From: a virus
Taxonomy: Duplodnaviria > Caudoviricetes
Direction: 5' to 3' (one strand)
DNA length: 64,000 nucleotides
IMG/VR virus record: IMGVR_UViG_3300049988_000286
Location: 192,001-256,000 of that record
Position numbers and translations under genes: made by a program. Positions within the stretch are counted from its first letter, which is position 1; the number at the start of each line of letters is the position of its first letter. The notes beneath the pieces are model-generated. The model was not told where the DNA came from. It did not search any database and saw only the letters and a list, made by a program, of their open reading frames with translations. Below, one piece after another: positions 11,201 through 18,664 of this stretch.

Positions 11201-12096
11201 TGGTGTTTGATGGCACTGGTGAATTCACGATCAACGATCTCAACGGCAATGTCTCGATCCCCGCCTACTCCGGCGGCGCTGTTCGCGCCCTCTACTGGCG
11301 CAACGACGCTTTGATGAAACCGAAGACTTGGGCTTTCCTTGCCGAGCAGACCGGTGTCTATACGCTATCGACATCTGCATTCTCGCATTCATCGTGGTTG
11401 ACGATCAACGGCCTTCGGCTCGTCGAGGGTGTGGATTACACAATCGAGGACACAACTGATGGCGGCTGGGGTATTGGGGCCTTCGACACTTTCCGTATCG
11501 ACTCGGTTCGGCCGATCAAGGTAGCCATCAAAAACTTCGTCGCCGCCACGGATCGCGTCGTGTTGACTTTGTTTGAGGGCAGAGAGAACCAGCCCGCAGC
11601 GACTTGGCAACACAGCACGACGACGCCCGACATCGTTCGCTTCCGTAAGGTGGAGGCGCGCGATGGTTACTCGGCTGGCTACGAGATCGAGCACGGTGCA
11701 TGGGCGACTGATCGCTTTGATACTCGCTTCGAAGGTGGCGTTCTCGCATCGGCGATTACCCGTGATGCCGATACCCTCACGATCGTGCGTAATCCCGCAG
11801 CGGTCCCTGCCGTAATGCTCGCGACGGAGGCTGTGCAGCTTCCTGTTGCGTCGGATAACGAGCCGGGCGTGGTCTGGATTGGTGCCGAACGCATCGAGTA
11901 TTTCCGTCGTGAAATCGTCGGGGAGACGGTGGTGCTTTCGGAGGTGCGTCGCTCAACAAAGGGAACGACGGCACGCGATCATGCAAGTGGTGCGAAGGTT
12001 CGTGTTCCTAACACAAGCACCCGCCTACCCGCGCCTCCGCTGGTCAATCAGCTTTCTTCCCTTCAGAGTGCCGCTGATACAGAGGGTGCCCCTTGA
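2242..12096 (+). CDS. giant baseplate wedge/virion structural protein (3284 aa)
   Basis: Uninterrupted 9.85-kb ORF. N-terminus (LPAVHQTDPLKRFFGATVDHLFQPG...GYIG), the DIDKINN..YYYW motif and C-terminal WIGAERIEY...RRSTKGT resemble giant wedge proteins of jumbo phages. Confidence 0.75.
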   Translation: MKRRPITQLPAVHQTDPLKRFFGATVDHLFQPGNAVPISGYIGHVPEYNDASKDFYKVEPNAARTKYQLEPTMVSQAEDKSLSAILFYDDLVSRLSAVGALVSNTDRLFKSEYWTWAPPVDIDKINNSQYYYWSSDSVPALKMTLPGVELPVTYQGDGSTNRFALPPSLPRRRILPADQITVEGEIFDGSPRVLVNGRSVPFTLDGQDIVLATTPLTGIPIEVYRYGSLGNGSRTNFAIPLIYDDSVSFSASDIHVFVGGRETKAFTISGNAIVLAVAPAGDIEVSVTIFSDIREALSRASHTVDISSLNAAGVKKLVDGLKIEAIDPTRWAFGFETKTFSTHKWDEQNPAVFYVDGVGQTLIFTPESEMLDIADPFYAVVSREHRAGSFFSRANRWVAREALAWCEGATTERQANRPICEFRGDLKLFNYGTQRAPVADATVGVFSRVTNFTFSTHSDDAGRPINAGDIVLIGSVGQSFDNKFVVWPTVDDLAPAFVGTPDIVHTAVIGDVFVNAKTNIEYRFAGDAWLPCAVPGDRPLFDLFDQNGISIGDEAEYPETTFNGSAIFGFEVGDGVNDVVLGFPVNYDTYGQIIFENFLYTQRYRYRDGDITGYYFYQQDGVFRNQWYKAKGVLAAPGSSTDITVPLNLQANPNFGTPTLISRNNWFKHFSSISENQIGFSGQVFADNNWSTTDRDLSVGTEIIQARSPLLKLMMLMTEQAFDPVAVIKYVESEYSRFKLKVHQKIRDRINGGLLTGASDFTAAAREILASLGANKTPDFAFFLSRIAGGTYFIPATPATMSITPMVKPTIISENGIAFIVGHDGSRTGATDAITDGVVLAIEQLIFNSRANEAYHSELRPILDEYDLISGQYRVADYSRDEVNVIMQASFEEWARVNNADYLSNLLHDPANPFTWNYGSIADRNGASLPGNWRAIYRHYFDTETPHLTPWEMVGFAERPTWWNARYGVAPYTRLNTLLWQDMEAGRIASGPRAGLDTRFARPDLLSVLPIDINGNLLDPVAARIVPNAPSIQFAQESWVFGDGGPIENLWRRSSSFGFAKALALFLMRPAQFVEDYWDTDERAIVHGDQWVDLPAGRRVASSELTVHGEFDAAGVAKVSFGIQNWIVEYLINRGQTPARLGTLIRGLDVRLAHKMAGFTTTDRLTISAESFGLVPPEDVAIELYQSPGLTSDYYSGIIIENLSPSRWRIFGYNSSDPYFDIEASDRAGRKLLLTGVPERVVNDWRPSVYYKTGMLVLHLGVVYEAKRNHTSGQIFENLYWEQDEVNTLADEKLYEYLEGNGHESRVPYASVVNNRQDVLDFLFSYARTLAKRGFVFDEGTWQEAAQQFITWSKIRWSKGSFITLSPGARSIKFSAPQGYVLNLEGPTALGGILNRTGHVIDQRKTKIDRLDDELVITADGDDIYGVSLRKSEIEHVIVFSNRTIFDDLIYDPVLNIRQTRLKMSARRTTEWNGRYDAPGFIISQGQIVNNFDKSAEDLRYMFDIELADNTVLRDHARHTIGFQKRDYLSRLLLNETQQFELYQGMIQQKGARGALNKIVRSRAVEGNRDLTFLEEWAFRIGEFGSYEPRAYLEMALNARDMRREQQVVHLGSNLGNESDNIISLINEDSRWIDRPVNFNELTVGDEVIYGLPNAGYCRTSDADHHAATMPLFAAKAFDKLQAGGSFRAGESIWLYDHNNTGWAFFYLVGEKRITLIETAESNGEVVGTRLVLGTDHGLVAGDTILINGPAGDNFAAAGVYQIADAGIDYIEIDNEENASSPYDFAQRGEEGPLVFRLTTARFPNRAAALLADRAVPLLFVDDNGQGKWSVLTRVFLEPLIVPIDLNNPLGPTKIVPQPPQVIIAREQPRMMNSARIASALIYDRNTAVTANSIKAQPVTLARITPIDPMVGCISGIADREITYKLEYDPAAYAEDGNLWTDAHVGQLWWDMSTTWFINPYTDLTPANDEARYIAELQYRANNWSRLAPGTEIDIYEWTRSDVPPSSFVGEVHPSGQYTTAQIDNAALGKVVTEYYFWVKNPIATPAVAGRTLDAQSCADIIANPSAAGLPWTALLSPFDFVISTVRDRLTDDSTVLQLQLQLTNEDEDIPHRQWVMLRPGDQTSLPSAQLWNKLRDSLVGIDDNFAAVPNPRLHQQSRTGIAAGQSMFDADKRKDARRSFITLINYQLGKRDFGGSRSFAETVFDTTTAPPSKLIWSANGYSETLAFLPPKAFYDVATSDQAEFEELVNSQSQPGRRVLFDNRYSANPSWSVWRKSNNKIDLVPMFDYTVDKITDLARLGGGAIPNNRFVLVRENAEYNGFWTVHRYLNGAFSIVAAQQLDTTGFWEFNDWYSGDYTAEDEPVITYADVAARDRAESPVSNRYVKVLDDGSGYWIWTVFIDDAWQVVARQSGTIQLSERFLEDRPLYGWANGEASFDKVVRERDGTLELREMIGAILDNLLSNAEKNELWFSMVNFVHAHHDQVDWAFKTSFLSVAGFNEKLTTAPIAAADNTPHILSYIDEVKPYRVTVRDFARSLRPDLESFTMGATDFDKPVYYDPATMGFRVLDEERVDDIAIMEKGVWSHWLHNVDLRRNMRIKLVFDRVWFEDALDAGAAHRITQFYQPTAGMKPLDLRALLDLDFKGTTLSGSTFASTISDSVVGDHTAETTNGPDGFAMLDPRVAPDTPEELVRMGAHDILLMQVDDRWGAGAPKQFVRSYDVAKERRNKVKLPIGCVARSVIVFFDGVRGVPGVDYLVDLLANELTEVLVKRGTQRTKTVVVHAFGHAGHRPIIDQVFTTATAGSNQVTIPALVLEESAFSFEVLRNGSFLSATRVGNKVAFNAQAGEQIIVTFYRGAVLAATRMVVLDLTNTSGTDFQATLPAAARSFNRPLISSMMIEVDGRRLAPPTMFWMTNQRFQFRAEWPTASAIRVVDDTGNSSSVVAMSKNNLADAEAVLATNPAARFTLWEGHLIITDADADSRTYAVVFDGTGEFTINDLNGNVSIPAYSGGAVRALYWRNDALMKPKTWAFLAEQTGVYTLSTSAFSHSSWLTINGLRLVEGVDYTIEDTTDGGWGIGAFDTFRIDSVRPIKVAIKNFVAATDRVVLTLFEGRENQPAATWQHSTTTPDIVRFRKVEARDGYSAGYEIEHGAWATDRFDTRFEGGVLASAITRDADTLTIVRNPAAVPAVMLATEAVQLPVASDNEPGVVWIGAERIEYFRREIVGETVVLSEVRRSTKGTTARDHASGAKVRVPNTSTRLPAPPLVNQLSSLQSAADTEGAP

Positions 12097-12100
12097 GGGT

Positions 12101-12108
12101 TATAAATA
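12101..12108 (+). promoter_or_regulatory. late promoter TATAAATA (4 nt before ATG)
   Basis: Exact T4 late consensus followed by GATC-ATG. Confidence 0.75.
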
Positions 12109-12112
12109 GATC

Positions 12113-12220
12113 ATGAGTAAACCCGACGAAAACTCCAATGTCATCGTGGTTGAGCATTTGCTCATCCGCGATGTCACGAAAGACAAAGTTATCTTGAATA
12201 AGCGCCAAGGAGCCAAATGA
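12113..12220 (+). CDS. 35-aa microprotein (not in ORF track), similar to the N-terminus of the next gene
   Basis: MSKPDENSNVIVVEHLLIRDVTKDKVILNKRQGAK; directly behind TATAAATA; ATGA overlap with the next gene. Confidence 0.7.
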   Translation: MSKPDENSNVIVVEHLLIRDVTKDKVILNKRQGAK

Positions 12221-12813
12221 ACGACACGAACACTATCAAGGTGAAGGGCCATGTTCTCATCCGCGACGCGGATAGCGGTGAAGTCATTCTCGATAAGATG
12301 AATGCTATCCACCTTGAGAATATCTCCGAAGCACTTGCCCTCGCCGTTTCTCATCGGGGTTACGGACAGTTCAACACCATGGTTTTCGGTAATGGTGCTT
12401 CGGTAGTCTCCGGAACGGGCGCGGTGACTTACTTTCCCCCGAACGTGACTGGAAGAGACGCGAGCCTCTACAATCCCACCTATACTACCAAAGTCATCGA
12501 TGACAACAATTCGTTGAACAACGATCCGACAACGAACTTTGAGGAAGTCATCCACACTGATGGAACGACCTACAGTGATATTGTGGTGCACGCCTATCTG
12601 AACCATCACGAGCCCGCTGGTCAGGAGGCCTTTGACGACGCCGACAGCGTGAACGGAGCCTACGTCTTCGACGAACTCGGTATCTACGGCTATCCCAAAA
12701 ACGGTATCGGCACGGGTAAGCTTCTCACCCACTGCATCTTCAACCCTATTCAGAAATCGATCAATCGTGCGTTCGAGATTGTATATACGATCCGGATTTA
12801 TCTAGCACAATAG
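12217..12813 (+). CDS. virion structural (baseplate/tail) protein
   Basis: 198 aa; motifs GHVLIRD, NAIHLEN, FDELG and LLTHCIFNPIQKS; structural operon context. Confidence 0.65.
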   Translation: MNDTNTIKVKGHVLIRDADSGEVILDKMNAIHLENISEALALAVSHRGYGQFNTMVFGNGASVVSGTGAVTYFPPNVTGRDASLYNPTYTTKVIDDNNSLNNDPTTNFEEVIHTDGTTYSDIVVHAYLNHHEPAGQEAFDDADSVNGAYVFDELGIYGYPKNGIGTGKLLTHCIFNPIQKSINRAFEIVYTIRIYLAQ

Positions 12814-12869
12814 TTTCACGCATCAATATAGCAGGACCACACCGGTCATAGTATAGTTCGAGGAGATAT

Positions 12870-14012
12870 ATGTACAACATCAGAAACAGTGCCGGTGTCG
12901 TTGTCGCAGTAGTTGCCGACCGCCAGATCAACACCACATCCACTCCGCTCGCACTCGCGGGTTTCAACTCGTCGGGATACGGCATCTCCATTTCGGAGAA
13001 TTTCATTCGTCTCCTCGAAAACTTCAACTCCGACATATCCCCAAGTAACCCCCTAGAGGGAATGATCTGGTATGATCGCGCCGTGAGCAAACTGAAGTTC
13101 CGTCAGGGGACGCAGTGGAGCGCCGTCAATGGACCGATGACGACCGGGAGCGACTCTACCGCTGGTGGCCTTGCTGCTGCCTATCATCATCGGGTCGAAG
13201 CCGTGGACACCTCTGTTCTCGTCATGATCGCGGGTGGTAAGATCGTCTCCGTGATCAGCCCCCGTGACATCACCGTCACTAATCTTCCGGCCAACATTAC
13301 GATCAATTCGGTAAACTATCCCTTTGCTTCTGTCTTCCCGTTCGGTATCGAGGGTGGCAGCAACACGGCCAACGACGCCACTGACTACATCGTCAATGGC
13401 AAGGTGATGGTCTCCGAGACTGCTCGTTTCAGCGGTGGTGGTGACTTGAACAAGCCCGCTGGCTGGGCGTTCCTTGATCTTGGTTCTAACACCATTGGAC
13501 TCATGATCGCCAACGGTATCGTCGTTGCTGCTACCTCGAACACTCCCGTGCTCAACGGTGATCTCCCGGATAGCATTTCGGTGCTGGTCCGCAAGGACGA
13601 TCGCACCAACGAGACCACGGCAGTATCGCTGCGTTCGCGTTTTCCGCTGGGCCTCATCTCTGGCACCACCATGGCGGCGGGCGCGATCACTACCGGTGGG
13701 TTGCGCAATGTCCAAACGAAGAGCGTCCCCTACACGGTTCAGCTAGCCGATTCTGCCTCGATCCTGCGTATGGAATCGACATCGGCGCTGACGCTGACGC
13801 TTCCCAACAACATGCCGGTAGGCTTCGAGGTGATGGTCATTCAGACTGGCACCGGACTGGTCACGATCTCTGCTTCGTCGGGTGCCACTCTGGCGAGCCG
13901 TCAGGGCTTCACCAAGAGCGCGGGTCAGCACGCTCGCATTACTCTCTCGGTGGTATCCAATTCCAACGGCGCTGCGGCAGTGTACAACTTCGCCGGAGAC
14001 GGTGCAGTCTGA
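12870..14012 (+). CDS. tail fibre/baseplate-associated structural protein
   Basis: N-terminal SGYG...ENFIRLLENF...P.NPLEGMIWYD module typical of jumbo-phage fibre proteins; small beta-rich C-terminal domain; GAGGAG SD. Confidence 0.65.
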   Translation: MYNIRNSAGVVVAVVADRQINTTSTPLALAGFNSSGYGISISENFIRLLENFNSDISPSNPLEGMIWYDRAVSKLKFRQGTQWSAVNGPMTTGSDSTAGGLAAAYHHRVEAVDTSVLVMIAGGKIVSVISPRDITVTNLPANITINSVNYPFASVFPFGIEGGSNTANDATDYIVNGKVMVSETARFSGGGDLNKPAGWAFLDLGSNTIGLMIANGIVVAATSNTPVLNGDLPDSISVLVRKDDRTNETTAVSLRSRFPLGLISGTTMAAGAITTGGLRNVQTKSVPYTVQLADSASILRMESTSALTLTLPNNMPVGFEVMVIQTGTGLVTISASSGATLASRQGFTKSAGQHARITLSVVSNSNGAAAVYNFAGDGAV

Positions 14013-14497
14013 TGGCATCGTTATCAAAAAATAAAGGAAGTGCCTTTGAGCGCAAGATCGCAAATCTCTTCTCGGCGCGTTTCGCCGAATATACTGGGAA
14101 AAGTTCTTGCTTTAGGAGGAACGCGGACTCGGGGTCATTCTTCGGTGCTAGCAATAAGAAGCGCATCGAGACTCACGATACCTCAAAGGCTTGTTACGGT
14201 GACATCATGACGCCACCGGGCTTCAACTTCGCCATTGAGTGCAAGCACTACAAGACGCCGCCTAGCTTTGCCTCTATTCTCAAGCAGGATTTTAAGACTC
14301 TCGATGGATGGTTGGAACAGGCCGAACAGGACGCAGAGAACTCCCAGCAGCGTGTCCTCCTCATCATGAAGTTTAATAACGTCCCGGAGGCTGCGGTGGT
14401 CAAGTCTGACCTTGGTGCAATCAAGTATCGCGGCTATTCTATCGTGCCACTCGTAGAGTTCCTCGACCAGCCCGACGATTATTTCTTCACGAAGTAA
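14012..14497 (+). CDS. Hjc-like Holliday junction resolvase (PD-(D/E)XK)
   Basis: SKNKGSAFERKIA, GDIMTP and FAIECKHYK motifs. Confidence 0.8.
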   Translation: MASLSKNKGSAFERKIANLFSARFAEYTGKSSCFRRNADSGSFFGASNKKRIETHDTSKACYGDIMTPPGFNFAIECKHYKTPPSFASILKQDFKTLDGWLEQAEQDAENSQQRVLLIMKFNNVPEAAVVKSDLGAIKYRGYSIVPLVEFLDQPDDYFFTK

Positions 14498-14708
14498 AGG
14501 TCAACTCGGCGATGAGCCAATCCTCCTCGTTGGCGAGTCGTAGCCACGCGATCTGAAAACCACCGATGTGACGACGCGCAACATCGTAATCGGGTCGCGC
14601 GATGCCATTCTCCTTGCACCACCTATGCAATCGTTCGATGTCGTCCTTCTTCTTGACGACGACGATATGCGGGTAGAGTGCCGCCATGCGAGCATCTAGC
14701 GCGCTCAA
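14487..14708 (-). CDS. hypothetical protein (small paralog family)
   Basis: 73 aa; RWCKEN...RLANEEDWLIAEL. Confidence 0.6.
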   Translation of the reverse strand: MSALDARMAALYPHIVVVKKKDDIERLHRWCKENGIARPDYDVARRHIGGFQIAWLRLANEEDWLIAELTFTS

Positions 14709-15034
14709 AGTTGTAGCTTCGCCAAGATGTAATCGTGCTCGTTCATGAACGATAACCGATAATTTGGTCCTTTCGAGAGCGGGGCCAGATACCAGTTACT
14801 CGCGTTGTAGATTGCCCAGTGGAGGGCGTCAATCATCCGCGCGGGCTCGATGCCAAACTCACTCATCCCCGCCTCTACATTCGCGCCCGGAAGGCTATCG
14901 ATTGTTATGCAACCCCTTGTTTCATCAGCCATCCCATACTCCACTACATAATGGAGAACGACTGGGTGAACATCAATAAGGGGAACGCCGAAATGATTCG
15001 CCAGACTCTTGGCTCCTTCGATCCATTTCGTCAT
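14705..15034 (-). CDS. hypothetical protein (small paralog family)
   Basis: 109 aa; ends LSFMNEHDYILAKLQL; overlapping start/stop junctions with both neighbours. Confidence 0.65.
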   Translation of the reverse strand: MTKWIEGAKSLANHFGVPLIDVHPVVLHYVVEYGMADETRGCITIDSLPGANVEAGMSEFGIEPARMIDALHWAIYNASNWYLAPLSKGPNYRLSFMNEHDYILAKLQL

Positions 15035-15270
15035 ATCAGAGGCATCCGGGATTCCTTGACGACCTTCATACGCTCTTCGACCATCTCCATGATGTCACGA
15101 CGCTCCGTGATACTCAAGGTCCAAGCCTCCTCGCGCGACAGTGCGCCACGCATATACCACATCAGATTAACGATCTGCGACCTCAATTCCTTCTGCTCTT
15201 TGTCGAAGCGTTTGAGAAAGCTGTTTATCTGCTCCCCGGTCGTCAGTCGGAGGAGCGTTCCTCGAAAAAA
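15031..15270 (-). CDS. gp51-like baseplate hub/tail assembly protein, probably the -1 frameshift extension of the upstream gene
   Basis: Protein-like frame ...GEQINSFLKRFDKEQKELRSQIVNLMWYMRGALSREEAWTLSITERRDI...MPLI; no ATG with a clear SD; overlaps a T-TTT-TTC heptamer in the upstream gene. Confidence 0.65.
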   Translation of the reverse strand, partial: FFRGTLLRLTTGEQINSFLKRFDKEQKELRSQIVNLMWYMRGALSREEAWTLSITERRDIMEMVEERMKVVKESRMPLI

Positions 15271-16163
15271 GTTGCAGGATTGAACTCGATCGAGCCCGCC
15301 CACTCATGACCGCAGTCGCCACAAGTAGCAGGGACAGTCTTGTCGGCACCCATATTGTTGATTGTCTCCAAGGCAGCGCGAATACGATTGAGGGTGCGGC
15401 TATCGGTATTGACGAGAAACTCCTCGATCATCCCTTGATCAGATACCTCGGCACCCGGCACGATGATCTTGATGATTGAGCAAGCAACGCCATGGGTGTT
15501 CATCTCCGCGAGCCGCGCCATCACGCCCTTGTAGGTAGCATCGCGCTCCTCATCCGTCGCCGACTCATTCATGTCCATGGCTTGAGCGATGCGACGCTCC
15601 TTAAAGGCCGCGATCAGGATTTTGGTCTGTAGCTTGACCGTGTGGGGGCGGAGATACACCACCATGTCGTCCGAGAGGCGCACCTCGTTGATCGCGGGCA
15701 CTGGCGTAATCGTCTGGAGGATCGAGGGGAGATCGACCTCGTAGGGGTTCTTCTCGTCACACTTGGGGCAGACGAGTTCCACGTCCATCTTGTCGCCACT
15801 GCTCGCGACCCGGATCGCCAGTAGGAGCACATCGAGATCGGGAGCCGAAACCAGTTCCGGCATCTTGATGGCGGGGACGCACGAGGCAATCAGGCTCATC
15901 ACTGCGCTGTTGTTCATCAAAGCGTCGGGGGACGACAGGAGAAGTTCGTCGGCGGCACGCATCGGCAGCACCTTGACTTCACCAGCCTCGTCCAACTCGA
16001 CCCCACCCTCTGGGAAGAACACACCCCCGGTGGGTAGCTTGACCGAACAACCCGGCAGACGAAAGTATGCCGCGAGTGGATTGCTCGATTTGGGTGCGGC
16101 AAATGCCTTGTCGGTGAACAATTCGTTTTCGTTAAATTCGTCTTCCGCGACCAGTTTGCTCAC
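15243..16163 (-). CDS. gp26-like baseplate hub assembly chaperone
   Basis: NPLAAYFR, M(R)AADELLL..PDAL, DLDVLLLAIR.AS.G, CPKC and CGDCG Zn pairs, C-terminal FNPATFF; GTG start after GAGGTG. Confidence 0.75.
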   Translation of the reverse strand: MSKLVAEDEFNENELFTDKAFAAPKSSNPLAAYFRLPGCSVKLPTGGVFFPEGGVELDEAGEVKVLPMRAADELLLSSPDALMNNSAVMSLIASCVPAIKMPELVSAPDLDVLLLAIRVASSGDKMDVELVCPKCDEKNPYEVDLPSILQTITPVPAINEVRLSDDMVVYLRPHTVKLQTKILIAAFKERRIAQAMDMNESATDEERDATYKGVMARLAEMNTHGVACSIIKIIVPGAEVSDQGMIEEFLVNTDSRTLNRIRAALETINNMGADKTVPATCGDCGHEWAGSIEFNPATFFEERSSD

Positions 16164-16191
16164 ACAACACCTCACTCTACTTTTGTACCTG

Positions 16192-16236
16192 TATTTAAGT
16201 CATGATAAACTACGGAGATAACGCTCTCAATAAATA
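16192..16236. promoter_or_regulatory. back-to-back late promoters
   Basis: TATTTA at 16192-16197 (minus-strand TAAATA) and TAAATA at 16231-16236 (plus), between divergent genes. Confidence 0.65.
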
Positions 16237-16261
16237 TCAAGAACGATGAGAGACTTTGATA

Positions 16262-18625
16262 ATGAGTGAATTCGACCAGTCTGATATGGATCGCGTGCTT
16301 TCCGAGATGGAGAAGGCAGCGTCTGCGATGAACGGCATGGCCCGTGGGTCGCAGTCGCGAGGTCGCGGGAGCCGTCAAGAAGCCGCAGAGGCTTTGGAGA
16401 GTGCACTGTCGAAGGTCACTCGTCGTGCCAAGAGCTTCGATGATTCTCTCGCCAATGCGATCAACAACAGTGATCGTATGAACGAAAGCTTCGAGGGAGC
16501 GGTTGATCAGTTGACTCGCTTCACCTTGAGCGGCTTCGCTGGTGCGGCGGCGCTGGGTGCACTGATCACCAAAGCGATGTCGGTGACTAAAGTCTATCAG
16601 CAAATGTCCGAAGTTGGCCAGTCCTTCGGTGGCAGCATGGCCAAGATGATGATTGCAGCAGGTGAGGCGGGGCTTCCCCTGAATGAATTCGCTGCCATCC
16701 AGTCCAAACACAATGCCACAATCAACGCCACGAACGGTAACTACTTCAAGATGAACTCGATGCTGCGTGATCAGCTAAAGACGAGTGGCCTCTACGGTAT
16801 GACGATCGAGCAACTTGCCGACTTCTCTGCTGGTTACCTTGAAGTTTCCCGCCTCAATGGCACCCTCGCGACGAAAAGTAACGCGAAGGTAGTTAAAGAG
16901 ATGGGTGAGTTGGCGCTCACTACTACCGGGCTGGCGGAAGCCAGCGACAAGACGCGTCAGGAGATTACGCAACTTGCCACGGCGGCGTTGTCGAGCGCGT
17001 CGGCGATTGCGGGCATCTCGGTAGTATCCGCGAACCTCCGCGACACGGTTGACAAGAACGCGAAGACGACCACGGCAATCTTCGCTTCGCTGAACGGAGA
17101 GGCGGGTGAGTTCTTTTCCAAATTCTTCGCCGACTCTATTGGTATGCCAGCGGCGATGACGCAACAGGCGAGCACGCTCATCGACTCCGGTATGTCTCCG
17201 TTCGTGTCGCGGATGCAGGAAATCTCACGCAAGAACGCGATGGGGCTCGACACCACCGAAGACGCGATCAATGCCTCGAATGACTTCAAAGAAGCCGTTG
17301 AGGCAAACATGCCGGTGCTCCGCGCCCAAGCCGCTGCCGGTAACGAGAGCGCCGCGCAGACGATCCGTATGGCCGCTGCCATTCAGAAGCGAACTAAAGC
17401 AGAGATCGATCAGGCTAAGGACGCAGCGAAGAACAAGCCGAAGTGGACTGCTTTCTGGCTCTCGATCGACAGCATCTACAAGGGCCTCGTTGGTGCATTC
17501 AACTCTTCGTTCATCAAGGGCTTTACGAGCACTATGACGGATTTGGGCAAATTCGGGGAAAGCAACGCTGGCCAACGGTTGAAAAACTTCCTCGAAAGTC
17601 TCGGCGAACAACTCGGCAAATTCCTCGGTGGTGTATTGACCAGTGAGAACATCGAGCGCTTCGCCAACGGTATATTCAACCTCGCCAAATGCGTGTTCGA
17701 AGCCGTCGAATCATTCACCATGAATGGTGGTTTCGTTAGCCTTCAAAACTCTTTGACGATGCTTGGTGGGTTCATCTCGGTGGTGACATACCCGCTGCGT
17801 CTTCTCGGTGATGTATTGAGCAGCATGTCGCCCGGCTTTGTCAAGGCGGCAGGTATGATTGGCGGCGTCGGTTTCTTGCTCTTCAAGGCTTGGAAGATGG
17901 TCACCGGTATGCTGGGAATGCGGGCACAGACAATGAACGTCCGCGCCGGAACCGTCAACATCGATGGCGGTGGAGGCGGTGGTGGCGACGGCGGTGGACG
18001 CGGGCGCGGCCGGGGTCGAGGTGGTCGTCTTGGACGAGCCGCTAGAGGTGCCCGTGCGCGGTTTGGTCGTTCGAGCCTTGGTCGCATGGCCCGTGGCGTA
18101 GGCGGCGTGGGTCGCGTAGCTGGTCTGGGTCGGTTGGCTCTTGGTGGCGTTGGCGCGCTTGCGGGCATGGGTGGCGAGATGATCGCCGACAACATGCAGG
18201 ATGGTGCGGCAAAGACGGCGATAGGGTCTGCCTCTCGCGCGGCCGGGTACGCGGCTACGGGTGCCATGTTGGGATCGTTCCTCCCCGGTGCGGGCACTCT
18301 CATCGGCGGTGCTCTGGGCGGAGCCTATGGCCTTTATTCGGGCTACAAGGACTATTCCGCACAAGCTGCGGCGGCGAAGCCACAGATGCCCGCCATGGCG
18401 GTCCCGAAACCTTCCGCGATCCCCGGTATGGCCGCGATGGCGGTCCCGGCCACTGCCGCTGCTGCGAGCGCGGCGAAGCCCACCGTTGATCCCGCGCAGG
18501 TGATGATCGACGAGTTGAAGAAGCAAACCGAGGCATTGTCTCGCATGGCTGCGACGCTCGGCGGCAAGATCGATCAGGGTAATACTTTGCTACGCAAAAT
18601 TGAAGTTTCGGCCCAAAGTCTGTAA
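16262..18625 (+). CDS. tape-measure-like protein
   Basis: About 787 aa, Ala/Gly-rich and helical, with hydrophobic segments near the C-terminus and an RGG tract; divergent from the hub chaperone gene. Confidence 0.6.
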   Translation: MSEFDQSDMDRVLSEMEKAASAMNGMARGSQSRGRGSRQEAAEALESALSKVTRRAKSFDDSLANAINNSDRMNESFEGAVDQLTRFTLSGFAGAAALGALITKAMSVTKVYQQMSEVGQSFGGSMAKMMIAAGEAGLPLNEFAAIQSKHNATINATNGNYFKMNSMLRDQLKTSGLYGMTIEQLADFSAGYLEVSRLNGTLATKSNAKVVKEMGELALTTTGLAEASDKTRQEITQLATAALSSASAIAGISVVSANLRDTVDKNAKTTTAIFASLNGEAGEFFSKFFADSIGMPAAMTQQASTLIDSGMSPFVSRMQEISRKNAMGLDTTEDAINASNDFKEAVEANMPVLRAQAAAGNESAAQTIRMAAAIQKRTKAEIDQAKDAAKNKPKWTAFWLSIDSIYKGLVGAFNSSFIKGFTSTMTDLGKFGESNAGQRLKNFLESLGEQLGKFLGGVLTSENIERFANGIFNLAKCVFEAVESFTMNGGFVSLQNSLTMLGGFISVVTYPLRLLGDVLSSMSPGFVKAAGMIGGVGFLLFKAWKMVTGMLGMRAQTMNVRAGTVNIDGGGGGGGDGGGRGRGRGRGGRLGRAARGARARFGRSSLGRMARGVGGVGRVAGLGRLALGGVGALAGMGGEMIADNMQDGAAKTAIGSASRAAGYAATGAMLGSFLPGAGTLIGGALGGAYGLYSGYKDYSAQAAAAKPQMPAMAVPKPSAIPGMAAMAVPATAAAASAAKPTVDPAQVMIDELKKQTEALSRMAATLGGKIDQGNTLLRKIEVSAQSL

Positions 18626-18629
18626 TATC

Positions 18630-18637
18630 TATAAATA
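18630..18637 (+). promoter_or_regulatory. late promoter TATAAATA
   Basis: Exact consensus upstream of the portal gene. Confidence 0.75.
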
Positions 18638-18664
18638 AAATCAAAGAAGGATCGGTGACTATTT

